Virus record (IMG/VR): IMGVR_UViG_3300027974_001900
Span: 32,001 to 96,000 of that record
Reading direction: 5' to 3' (one strand)
From: a virus
DNA length: 64,000 bases
Position numbers and translations under genes: made by a program. The notes below the pieces were generated by a model. The model searched no databases, was not told where the DNA came from, and saw only the letters and a program-made list of their open reading frames with translations. Numbering within the stretch: position 1 is the stretch's first letter; every line of letters begins with the position of its first letter. Below, piece by piece: positions 9,223 to 17,885 of the stretch.

Positions 9223-9566
9223 TTTGTTTCTCTTCCTTCTAGGTGTAAGACGTAGCAATTAAAACAACAATTAAACTTTGTCATATACATTTCGTCTGCT
9301 GCTTTATATACTTGATCTCCGCAGTAAGAACAATTTTTAAAGTTCCTCTTATTAAGTAGTTTTTCCCTGAGAATAAAACCACCCTGATCAACTTGGTTTT
9401 CATAAGGTTGTTGACGATAAAAATTCTCAACTGCCTTAACCTGATCAAGGTAGGTTTTTTCTTTCTCGGGTGTCCAAAGAGAAGAAGGGTCTAATACAGC
9501 TTTTTCACCGTATTTATCTTCAACGGCTTTTTCTAGTGCCGAGATCTGTTTTGGATCAAAAGGCAT
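9210..9566 (-). CDS. Small Zn-finger protein
   Basis: CSYC...CCFNC motif and a GAGG SD. Confidence 0.6.
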   Translation of the reverse strand: MPFDPKQISALEKAVEDKYGEKAVLDPSSLWTPEKEKTYLDQVKAVENFYRQQPYENQVDQGGFILREKLLNKRNFKNCSYCGDQVYKAADEMYMTKFNCCFNCYVLHLEGRETKWQK

Positions 9567-9575
9567 AACTACCTC

Positions 9576-9734
9576 TTATTTTGGCTTTGGAGCGCCACCT
9601 TTGTGGACTTTCTCGTTCCAGCCTTTGGTGTTTGGATCACCGGCTTTTGGCCAGTTATGACCTTTTCCACCTGGGCTTTGTGTGAATGGAGCAACTTTTG
9701 CTGGTCCGTGTCCTTTTGGCTTTTGATCTGACAT
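9576..9734 (-). CDS. 52-aa Gly/Pro/Lys-rich small protein (missed by ORF track)
   Basis: MSDQKPKGHGPAKVAPFTQSPGGKGHNWPKAGDPNTKGWNEKVHKGGAPKPK*. Has a GGAGG SD and an ACTATTTA motif 26 nt upstream. Confidence 0.75.
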   Translation of the reverse strand: MSDQKPKGHGPAKVAPFTQSPGGKGHNWPKAGDPNTKGWNEKVHKGGAPKPK

Positions 9735-9759
9735 AATTAATCCTCCTGAGATTATACAA

Positions 9760-9767
9760 TAAATAGT
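9760..9767 (-). promoter_or_regulatory. Candidate late promoter motif ACTATTTA
   Basis: TAAATAGT 26 nt upstream of the ATG at 9734, at the head of the terminase/portal operon. Confidence 0.6.
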
Positions 9768-9772
9768 ATCAT

Positions 9773-9809
9773 AAAATAAAAAGGCGTCAAGGTTTTAATC
9801 TTGACGCCT
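9773..9809 (-). terminator. Rho-independent terminator
   Basis: Minus strand reads AGGCGTCAAG-ATTAAAAC-CTTGACGCCT followed by TTTTATTTT: a perfect 10-bp stem plus U tract. Confidence 0.85.
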
Positions 9810-9827
9810 CCGAATTATTAGAAGAAA

Positions 9828-9881
9828 TTATTTCTTTTTCTTCTCGTCTTTCTTTACTGGTTTTTCTTGCTTCTTTGCCAT
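9828..9881 (-). CDS. 17-aa lysine-rich micropeptide
   Basis: MAKKQEKPVKKDEKKKK*. AGGAGG SD and ACTATTTA motif upstream, terminator downstream. Confidence 0.6.
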   Translation of the reverse strand: MAKKQEKPVKKDEKKKK

Positions 9882-9908
9882 GATATACCTCCTAACCTTT
9901 CGGTGTTA

Positions 9909-9916
9909 TAAATAGT
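9909..9916 (-). promoter_or_regulatory. Candidate late promoter motif ACTATTTA(TA)
   Basis: TAAATAGT 28 nt upstream of the ATG at 9881. Confidence 0.6.
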
Positions 9917-12900
9917 TAGTTAATGTATGCAAATCCCTCTTCATCCTTCTGAATCTCGATAATTTTATCCACTGAGTCTTTTAATGTATCTAAGTGAGTG
10001 ATTAATAATACAGTTTTAAATTGAGATTTAATCATTTCTAAAACTTTGATAAAACTGTCCATATGTTCCGCATCCAAAGATGTAGCTGGCTCATCAAGAA
10101 TAAATACGTTGCTTACTGGCAAGCTGCCACATTTAATCAGAGCTAATCTAATCGCCATAGCAACCAAGGACTTTTCTGCTCCTGAGCAGTTTTCAATCGC
10201 TCTCGGAGAAGAATTAGGATGCTGAATGTAAATTTCTAATCTACCTTCTTCATTTGCAAAGTAAGCTTCAAACTCGACAATGTTTGCCAAAAGACCGTTT
10301 ATTTCTTCGTTGATTATTGGCAGAGTTCTTTTAATTAATTCAAACGGAATACCGCTATTATGTGTGCATTTTAGAAATAACTCATAAGATGAATGTTCTG
10401 CTTTTAGTTTATTAAGTTCCTCTATTTCTTTCTCGTATGTATCAATTTGTTGCTCTAATGACGCTAAGTTTCCTACTGCTTTTGTATGATCGTTTTCCGC
10501 TGTCTTTAAAGATTCTTGTGTAGAATTCTTTTTCTTAACGAGATTAACAAGGTCTTTTTTCAATTCGTTAATGTTGTCGTATAAATCTTTGTTTGATTCA
10601 TAACGATTAATTATTTTTTCATTCTCCACAAGTTCTGTCTCAACCTCTGACTTGGTATTTTGCAACTTAACTATCTCTTTTAAGAGAGAGGAGATTTTGC
10701 TGGATGCTTCATTAGATTTATCTTTAAGCTTTGTAAGTTTATCAAGGTATTCGTTAACTTTGTCTATCTCTAACTTTAATAGATCACCTCTTAAAGCTGC
10801 TTCTTGTTCTTCGATCGTTTTAAGAGCCAACTCTACTATTGAGATTTCTGTTAGGGATTCCAGTGCGCTCTTCTTAAATGAGCATTCTTTAAATTGGTCT
10901 TTGCCGCAAGCAGCTAAATCAATAAGCTCGGCAGACTTTCTATAGATTGAAAGAGAATTGTTTTTCATCTTCTTCTCGGAGAGAAGAGAATCAATCTCTT
11001 TTAGAATCTTTTTAGAAGCTTCCTGTTTTACTTTAAGTTCTTCTACATTAAGTTTCTCTACGACTTGATTAATCTTTTCAATGGTTTCTTCGTGAGTTTT
11101 TAATTCAGCTGATTTTTTCTCAATAGCTATTTTTGTCAGAGAAAGCTGAAAGTTTAATTCTCCGTGAGTCAACCAAGCTTTCTCGATGTCAATTGGCTCT
11201 TCTACCTTTGCAAGGTCAGCGGTCAGCTTTGTAATTTTATCTTGTAAAACTTGTTGCTCTGCTTTTAAAGCTTCTACATTCTTGGCTTCTTCGTATAATT
11301 TATCAATCGCTAAATGATGCTTTATGTGTATGTCGCCAAGTATTTTTGAGTAATCTTTGTCAGTTTTCTTAATCAAGGTTTTAAGTTCATTGGCATACTG
11401 GTTAGCTGGCTTATGTTTATTTTCAAAGATCTGTAAATCAAGAAAGTTAGCAAGGACTTCCTTTCTTTTTGTTGACCCTTCATTAATAAAGTCTAATGAG
11501 CCGTGTTGAGTTGACAGACAAGTATTACAGAAGTCTTCATAAGTTCCGATCTCTTTGCGAATGTTCTTGTCTGTCTCCATTCTATCGTTGCCATTAAATG
11601 GCATAACGCTTGCTCCCGCAAAAATCTCGAAATCTAATTCTGTTTTGCCTTCTTCTATTATCTTCCCTTTTGATTTCTTAGTAATTTTTTCTGTCTTTCT
11701 TGTTATCGAGAGAATTTCATTCTCACTTAAACTAATGTAGGCGCTTCCATTACCTTCTTTCTTACGCTCATTAACTACATCAAAATTCTTACGAATGTTC
11801 TTAGAAGTTGTGTTAAACAAGGTGTAAAGAAGGCTGTCGATTATGCTGGACTTACCAGAATAATTCTTTCCAAAGATTCCAACAATTCCGCTTAATTCAT
11901 AAAAATCTATCTTGTTACCATCTTTATAATTAAAGAGATTATCCCACTCAAAATTATCAAGACTCCATTTAACATTTCTTGCAACATTATCAGATACTTC
12001 TGCATCAAGATTGAACTTAGTATTAATGTCTAATACTTGCTGCATCTGTTCTTCTGTAAGGTTTTCGGAAGCTAAGAACTCTTTGATTAGCTGTTGCTGA
12101 ACATTATTATCTCGGAGATTTAATTTTGTCTTATCACCCTTCTCTATCTCATTCTCAACCTCTTTGGCGTGCTTATTGACAACAGTAATAGACTTAGGTG
12201 AATAATTTTTTAGTATGTCTGTTTTAAGTTTATTGATCTGCTCTTGGTCATAATACTTATCCAATACTAAACGAACGTGTGAACCAACCTGGATAACAGG
12301 AAAAGATCCATCGTATTCAACAGTTATGAAAGGAGCTGGATTATTAAAGATTATTGGTTTTACAGAGAACTTATTTTTATCCTTGATGTCCCAAATAAGA
12401 ATTCCTTTCTCTGTCTCCTCTCCAAAGTTCTGTTGAATGGTTGAACCGCAATAAGCCACCTTGTCATTTAAGAATTGATGCTTATGAATGTCTCCAAGAA
12501 AACCATAATCAAAATCATCAAAGATTGACAGATTATCATCTGTATTCTTCATTGCCCAGCCAGTATCAGTCTTGGAGCCTTGAATTGCTCCGTGATACAA
12601 TGCAATGTTAATCTTTTCTGCGCTAGTTGGTTTAATCCAATTATCTCGATCAAAGATCGATAAAACATTCAGACAGAATTTATCATTAAGATGGAACTCA
12701 CCAGAATCTTTTAGAAGCTTAACTCTTGGACTATTAATAGCTTGAACAATTGGACTAATTGCATCTTGGCGATCAGCATTATTTAAATTACCATCGTGAT
12801 TACCAAGAATAATGTATAGAGGAGCTATGTCTGAAAGATTGTTGAATAGTTTTGTTGTCATCTCAACAAATTCTGGTGAGATGTTTGTTTTTGTATGTGC

Positions 12901-13035
12901 AACGTCTCCGCAACAAATGATTGCGTCTACTTTCTCTTTTTCAAGAGCATTATACATTTGTCCAAAGATGTTTTCGTAAATGTTGTGGTGTTTTAGATTT
13001 TTAATGTGAATATCTGCTAAATGGGCGAATTTCAT
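9916..13035 (-). CDS. Fused SbcD/Mre11 nuclease - SbcC/Rad50 ATPase (gp47-gp46-like fusion)
   Basis: N-terminal metallophosphoesterase motifs ADIH, GD, GNHD and LGDIH. C-terminal Walker A GKNYSGKS, long coiled coil, signature CSGAE, Walker B FILDEP and H-loop LITH. Confidence 0.92.
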   Translation of the reverse strand: MKFAHLADIHIKNLKHHNIYENIFGQMYNALEKEKVDAIICCGDVAHTKTNISPEFVEMTTKLFNNLSDIAPLYIILGNHDGNLNNADRQDAISPIVQAINSPRVKLLKDSGEFHLNDKFCLNVLSIFDRDNWIKPTSAEKINIALYHGAIQGSKTDTGWAMKNTDDNLSIFDDFDYGFLGDIHKHQFLNDKVAYCGSTIQQNFGEETEKGILIWDIKDKNKFSVKPIIFNNPAPFITVEYDGSFPVIQVGSHVRLVLDKYYDQEQINKLKTDILKNYSPKSITVVNKHAKEVENEIEKGDKTKLNLRDNNVQQQLIKEFLASENLTEEQMQQVLDINTKFNLDAEVSDNVARNVKWSLDNFEWDNLFNYKDGNKIDFYELSGIVGIFGKNYSGKSSIIDSLLYTLFNTTSKNIRKNFDVVNERKKEGNGSAYISLSENEILSITRKTEKITKKSKGKIIEEGKTELDFEIFAGASVMPFNGNDRMETDKNIRKEIGTYEDFCNTCLSTQHGSLDFINEGSTKRKEVLANFLDLQIFENKHKPANQYANELKTLIKKTDKDYSKILGDIHIKHHLAIDKLYEEAKNVEALKAEQQVLQDKITKLTADLAKVEEPIDIEKAWLTHGELNFQLSLTKIAIEKKSAELKTHEETIEKINQVVEKLNVEELKVKQEASKKILKEIDSLLSEKKMKNNSLSIYRKSAELIDLAACGKDQFKECSFKKSALESLTEISIVELALKTIEEQEAALRGDLLKLEIDKVNEYLDKLTKLKDKSNEASSKISSLLKEIVKLQNTKSEVETELVENEKIINRYESNKDLYDNINELKKDLVNLVKKKNSTQESLKTAENDHTKAVGNLASLEQQIDTYEKEIEELNKLKAEHSSYELFLKCTHNSGIPFELIKRTLPIINEEINGLLANIVEFEAYFANEEGRLEIYIQHPNSSPRAIENCSGAEKSLVAMAIRLALIKCGSLPVSNVFILDEPATSLDAEHMDSFIKVLEMIKSQFKTVLLITHLDTLKDSVDKIIEIQKDEEGFAYIN

Positions 13036-13970
13036 GCAACCTCTAATTCTTGTTGTAGTAATGTATCATAGGTCATCAATCTGGCACAAGCCTTTCTCTT
13101 CTGGAATTGTTCTTTTGTCATTTCTCCTGCGTCTTTATAAGGTAGAATATCTATCTTATAGACCTCAACACCATAATTGATAAGCTTTCGTATAATCTCA
13201 CTTTCTTTCTTCGTCGCATCTGGATCTAACGCCATATACACAGTTGTATCATAGCCGACGATCTTCTGGAACAATTTACTTTCCTCTCTCAAAGTTGAAC
13301 CAAGCATTGGAATTGCGTTGTGCCCTGCTTTGATTGCGTCAAAGATTCCTTCGACAAGAATAATATCGCTGTCAAAATCTATGTATAGTTCATTAAAGAT
13401 TATATCTTTAGAAGACGGCGGTTGCTTAAACTTAGCAAACTTATCGCCAGTAATAGTTCTACCAATGAAGTAGTTTAGGTCACCATTAGAGTTGAACGAT
13501 GGAAAAATTATTCTGTCTTTGTATTCTCCGTCAAAGCAGAAACCAATCTTCCAATAAAGTATGTCTTCTTGAGTTACACCACGCTTCTTAAGATAGTTTA
13601 ATGATTTAGCGTGCGCTAGGAGCGTCGTTTTATTTGTGAGCGTCACGAACTTCTCTGGTAAAGAGAAAACCTCTTCACGAGCCTCTGGAGTGTCTGCAAA
13701 TAGATCGTCTAGGTTTGTATCAAGATCAACCTCTCCATCGAGCATTTTCCATCTCTGGAACATCTCAAAGGTGCCTTTTTTACGCACAAGTTTGCGAATA
13801 TTGCCTGCAACATCGCAGACCCAACACTTGTACTTGCTTTTCGTAAAATTTACAGAGAGTTTCTTTTTATGGTGTTTACAGAACGGACAATAATAAAGAT
13901 ATTCATTTCCTACTTTATGATGTTCACCAAGGAAAGAATCAACAATATTTAGCTTTTCAGTGATTTCCAT
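13032..13970 (-). CDS. DNA primase (Zn finger + TOPRIM)
   Basis: CPFCKH...CWVC zinc finger, YLKKRG, RIIFP, LVEGIFDA, LDPDA and KDAGE. Confidence 0.88.
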   Translation of the reverse strand: MEITEKLNIVDSFLGEHHKVGNEYLYYCPFCKHHKKKLSVNFTKSKYKCWVCDVAGNIRKLVRKKGTFEMFQRWKMLDGEVDLDTNLDDLFADTPEAREEVFSLPEKFVTLTNKTTLLAHAKSLNYLKKRGVTQEDILYWKIGFCFDGEYKDRIIFPSFNSNGDLNYFIGRTITGDKFAKFKQPPSSKDIIFNELYIDFDSDIILVEGIFDAIKAGHNAIPMLGSTLREESKLFQKIVGYDTTVYMALDPDATKKESEIIRKLINYGVEVYKIDILPYKDAGEMTKEQFQKRKACARLMTYDTLLQQELEVA

Positions 13971-14473
13971 TGTAAATAACCGGCCTTAGCGATAATAAAA
14001 CTATCGCTTCTATCCATAGAACCCGGAACAGGGTTCCCGTGTGCGGTCAATTCTACCTTAAAGTCTGGTTCTTGGTCAAGTACAGCTTCAAACACAACTT
14101 CTTTTGCTTTTCTTCCTTTCTCCATTTTCACGCCATACATTCTACGAGCCGTAGCAGCAGAAATAAATTGAGGATCTAAACCAATTACATCACAACAAAT
14201 CCAGGAAACAATACCATTGAATCTCATTAATGTTGAAATTGTTTTAGCAGAAGACATACCAGCGGAGAAAGACATAAGAGGTTCTTCTACATAGATTGCT
14301 TTAATGTCGTATGTTTTATTAAGATTATCAACATACTTTTTAATATTTGAAGCTTTAATAAAAATGTCTTTAAGTTTTTCTAATCTTACCGCTTCACACA
14401 AGACGATCTTACCATCTTCGTCCAAGATAGTAAACGCAGTAATTGTTGTTGAGATATCAAGTCCTAAAATCAT
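13949..14473 (-). CDS. RuvC-like Holliday junction resolvase
   Basis: MILGLDIST, IYVEE and C-terminal DRSDSFIIA acidic catalytic motifs. Confidence 0.8.
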   Translation of the reverse strand: MILGLDISTTITAFTILDEDGKIVLCEAVRLEKLKDIFIKASNIKKYVDNLNKTYDIKAIYVEEPLMSFSAGMSSAKTISTLMRFNGIVSWICCDVIGLDPQFISAATARRMYGVKMEKGRKAKEVVFEAVLDQEPDFKVELTAHGNPVPGSMDRSDSFIIAKAGYLQWKSLKS

Positions 14474-14490
14474 GATTAAATTGTATCAGA

Positions 14491-15789
14491 TTAAATATCA
14501 AGTTTAAGTTTTATTGTATAATCTAATTCTGGTGTCTTTCTTACCGGATTTGCTAATTTTGCTATGGCTATTAAGTCGCCTTCTTCATTATAAACTCCGA
14601 CTTCGCTTATAAACACTTGAGATTTATAAGGAGAATTATAATTGGTAAAAGAACTTGAAATAGTGTTTTTTATTACTAACTGGTCGTTTTCAAAGTATTG
14701 TCCATTGGATGGAACAAAATAACTTCCAGTTGGAGCATTGTAAGTTGTGCCGTTAACCACTATTGAGCTTGTTTGCCCAAGAACTAAAGAATTAAGTTGT
14801 CCACCGCTTATAAACGTTCTGTTGTTGCTCCAGGTGAAATCATTCTTTTCGGCAGAACAGAACATTGTTATAGTGCTTCTTTCTGTTGAGCCTTGAAAGT
14901 TTAATTCATATGATGCAGAAACAATCGGAGTATTGCTTCCTGCATCAGTCGTCGTCTTTTGATGTGCACCAAAATAAATCCATTTTAAATTATCAGAAAT
15001 AGCAGTATAAGTATAATCTACACTATACTTGGGATCAGAAACGGGCTGAACGTAAAACTCGCTTGTATTTGCTAATTTTGAACTTCCTGTTAAGATAATA
15101 ATTCCTTCGTCGTAAAGAACAGTTCCAATTTCTGTTCCAACTAAAGAAGAATTATAAGAAGAATAAGTTTGATATATCTTTGTATTTTTTTGAGAGTCAC
15201 TAGCTTCGGCAACCAAGGTTCCGGTAACATAAATTTTTAAATTTAACATCCCTGGCTGTAATTTAATACCGTAATAAGCCGATGGTATTTCTATAAAATT
15301 TATGTCCATTAATGGCTTCAAAAAATAGTCTGAGTACCCAGAAGGATAGATGTTCTTTAAGCTACCAGCTTGAACCAAAGACGTGTTTAAATATTTTGCC
15401 GTGCTTGCATTGTTGTTATCTAAAGAATATTTTATGAATATATTATTTAATGCATAAAGTTTTTTAACTGTATTATACAACGTATAATGTTCGTAAAAGG
15501 CTCCACCAGGCTGATAAGCAATAAAATTTCTTTGTACTTGTGGAGTATAAGAAAAAGTACCACTAATAGAAAAAGAAGCGGAATAGAAAAAATTATTTTT
15601 AGTAAAGTTTTCTGATAATGATGCAGTATAAATTGTGTTCCTCTCTAACATCGTGATAGAGGAACTTACCTTATTACCTTCAGACAATTGATCGTTAACA
15701 GTTACATTGCCGTTATAAAAGACGACCTTGTAAGATGGATTTGCAGATAGAGTATTATAAAATACATCATTTTTGCCAAATTTTTTCAT
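14491..15789 (-). CDS. Virion structural protein (tail/baseplate)
   Basis: S/T/N-rich. C-terminal ISEVGVYNEEGDLIAIAKLANP..KLDI motif is shared with the next gene. Confidence 0.7.
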   Translation of the reverse strand: MKKFGKNDVFYNTLSANPSYKVVFYNGNVTVNDQLSEGNKVSSSITMLERNTIYTASLSENFTKNNFFYSASFSISGTFSYTPQVQRNFIAYQPGGAFYEHYTLYNTVKKLYALNNIFIKYSLDNNNASTAKYLNTSLVQAGSLKNIYPSGYSDYFLKPLMDINFIEIPSAYYGIKLQPGMLNLKIYVTGTLVAEASDSQKNTKIYQTYSSYNSSLVGTEIGTVLYDEGIIILTGSSKLANTSEFYVQPVSDPKYSVDYTYTAISDNLKWIYFGAHQKTTTDAGSNTPIVSASYELNFQGSTERSTITMFCSAEKNDFTWSNNRTFISGGQLNSLVLGQTSSIVVNGTTYNAPTGSYFVPSNGQYFENDQLVIKNTISSSFTNYNSPYKSQVFISEVGVYNEEGDLIAIAKLANPVRKTPELDYTIKLKLDI

Positions 15790-15790
15790 A

Positions 15791-16807
15791 TTAGTAATCT
15801 AGTCTAACAGAAAGTGTATAATTAACTGCGTCAGTATTTCTTAGAGGTTCACTTAACTTAGCGACTGCAAGTAGTTCATCGTTATCAGAATACAAGCCAA
15901 TTGTTGTTACGTAAGAATAGTTTTTGTCTGTTGGGTTGTTCTTTACAACAATCTTACTAGAACTTACATAAGTTGGATTTGAGCTAAAATTAAATTCATT
16001 AGCATCAATTCTGCAGTTATATACAGTAGAATATAATTGAGTATTGTTGCTGAATTGGATATTACCGACTAGTCTTCTAAACGAGTCTGCAATTTCTGTA
16101 ATTGAGGCAGAAGAGAATCCTTGATCAGTAGAACCTGTTCCAGTTGTTATGTAACTGCTAGAGATCCAATTACTGGTATCTAGTGTAGCCGCATTCAAAA
16201 CTAATACACCTGCTTGGTAGAATACTGTTCCGTAGGTTGTACCTCCAGAAGTTAGATAATAATATTCTCCAGCTGGGGAATCAGAGTAAACAGTTGTTGC
16301 GGAAGCTCCTGTGTCAGTTATTGTTCTTAGTCCGCCACCAAAAGGAGAAGCGTAAGAAGAAGTACCATGAGAAATTTGAACAGTTGCATATCTAATCTCA
16401 TCTTTAATTAAAAGTCTTGAGATAGGAATAAAAATAGCTTTATCTATTATTGTAGAGGAAGTATTAACTGTAAAGTTTTTTACTGTTCCTGTTACGTCAA
16501 ACCCTAATAGAGTTTGTGCCATTTGAGTATAGATTCTATTCTTATTTGTTGTTCCAGAAACCACAGTAAAACTTCCACTTCTTACACCAGCAGTTAAGTC
16601 AAAAATGTGATTTGCAGAAGAGCTTAGGTAAGGATAATCATAGACAGATTCAAACAAACCATGAGTCGCTGTAAATTTCTTTACGTTTGTATCATTTGGC
16701 CAAGTTCCGTATGTACCAGAAAGAATTGTTCCAGTAATTGGGATGTATTCAGACAAACTTTCTTTGGCTGATTGAATGTCGTTCTCTGCAAAAAATTTAT
16801 AACTCAT
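15791..16807 (-). CDS. Virion structural protein, paralog of 14491-15789
   Basis: Shares G-T-V-x-Y-x-x-G, NEFNFSSNPTY and VTTIGLYSDNDELLAVAKLSEP..RLDY with its neighbour. Confidence 0.7.
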   Translation of the reverse strand: MSYKFFAENDIQSAKESLSEYIPITGTILSGTYGTWPNDTNVKKFTATHGLFESVYDYPYLSSSANHIFDLTAGVRSGSFTVVSGTTNKNRIYTQMAQTLLGFDVTGTVKNFTVNTSSTIIDKAIFIPISRLLIKDEIRYATVQISHGTSSYASPFGGGLRTITDTGASATTVYSDSPAGEYYYLTSGGTTYGTVFYQAGVLVLNAATLDTSNWISSSYITTGTGSTDQGFSSASITEIADSFRRLVGNIQFSNNTQLYSTVYNCRIDANEFNFSSNPTYVSSSKIVVKNNPTDKNYSYVTTIGLYSDNDELLAVAKLSEPLRNTDAVNYTLSVRLDY

Positions 16808-16819
16808 TATTTAACTCCG

Positions 16820-17833
16820 TTATGGTTGGTAAATTAATACTACTGGAATGTCAATTGAATGCCCAATGTTAGCTCCAACAACTCTTAAAGAAGAGAAGAT
16901 GTGCAAAGCTGTACTGGAATTTAGACCAGAAATTGTAGTTGCTTGTGTTCTTCCGTAAGTAGTAAAATAATACGAAGGATTTGAAGCTAAGAAATCAGAA
17001 ATTCTCAAGCTAAATGCCAAATCTTTTCCTACTTGACTAATGTATGTGGCGTTCAAGCTTGTTGCTGGAGCTGAAGTTGTTGACCCATTGTTGTATACAT
17101 TAACTGTCTTGAAGAAGTTAGGATTATTAGAAGAATTTACTGTATACAAATTATAAGCCTGATTTCTATTAAATGCCGTTGAACTTACAATTGGACTTGC
17201 AGAAAAAGCTCCATTTGAGTCGATAACTTCCAAGAATAATCTATTTGCATAAACATCAAATTCATTATCTTCTAGATCTGCCAATTCTTTTTGAACGTTG
17301 CCATTTGTTGAATCAAAGCCTTGAGAAACTCTTACATTTCGTGCAACAGCTCTTGTTCCGCCAGCAGCAGCGCCAGTTCCTGTGGCAATGTTTCTGCGTC
17401 CGTCAATTAAGCCATCAATTGTAGTAATGCTGGTTCCTACACTAGCAATTGCTGTATCATTTACTAAAACAACAAATGCGTTAAATGTTGAATTTAAAAT
17501 TGATTTAGTTACAGAATCAATAAATTGGCTTTGATTTAATTTTAATACAGGCAAATAAAGAATGTTTGGGTTTGCATAGGTTTTAAGTTTGAATTGTAAT
17601 CCGGAATTTGAATTTGTTGTAGGTTCTAGTGCTGGGGTTAAATTAATGTTTAAATCATAATAAGCAGAACCGCTTGGATTGTTAATATTGAATAAACTAT
17701 AATCAATTTCATCATCAGCTACTGCAAATTTTGTTACTTTAAAATTTCCATTACCTTCTGCTAATTTTTTTCTTCCTAATTCTGTTAAAACCGCATCAAG
17801 GATTATGTCACCTGAATTATCTAAAAATGCCAT
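16820..17833 (-). CDS. Virion structural protein
   Basis: N-terminal ILDAVLTELGRKKLAEG..KFAVADDEIDY. Has an AAGGAG SD and its own ACTATTTA motif. Confidence 0.7.
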   Translation of the reverse strand: MAFLDNSGDIILDAVLTELGRKKLAEGNGNFKVTKFAVADDEIDYSLFNINNPSGSAYYDLNINLTPALEPTTNSNSGLQFKLKTYANPNILYLPVLKLNQSQFIDSVTKSILNSTFNAFVVLVNDTAIASVGTSITTIDGLIDGRRNIATGTGAAAGGTRAVARNVRVSQGFDSTNGNVQKELADLEDNEFDVYANRLFLEVIDSNGAFSASPIVSSTAFNRNQAYNLYTVNSSNNPNFFKTVNVYNNGSTTSAPATSLNATYISQVGKDLAFSLRISDFLASNPSYYFTTYGRTQATTISGLNSSTALHIFSSLRVVGANIGHSIDIPVVLIYQP

Positions 17834-17855
17834 TGTTTGACTCCTTTGTCTCTAT

Positions 17856-17863
17856 TAAATAGT
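17856..17863 (-). promoter_or_regulatory. Candidate late promoter motif ACTATTTA
   Basis: TAAATAGT 23 nt upstream of the ATG at 17833. Confidence 0.55.
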
Positions 17864-17885
17864 TGTTCAAAAATTAATTTCTCTA

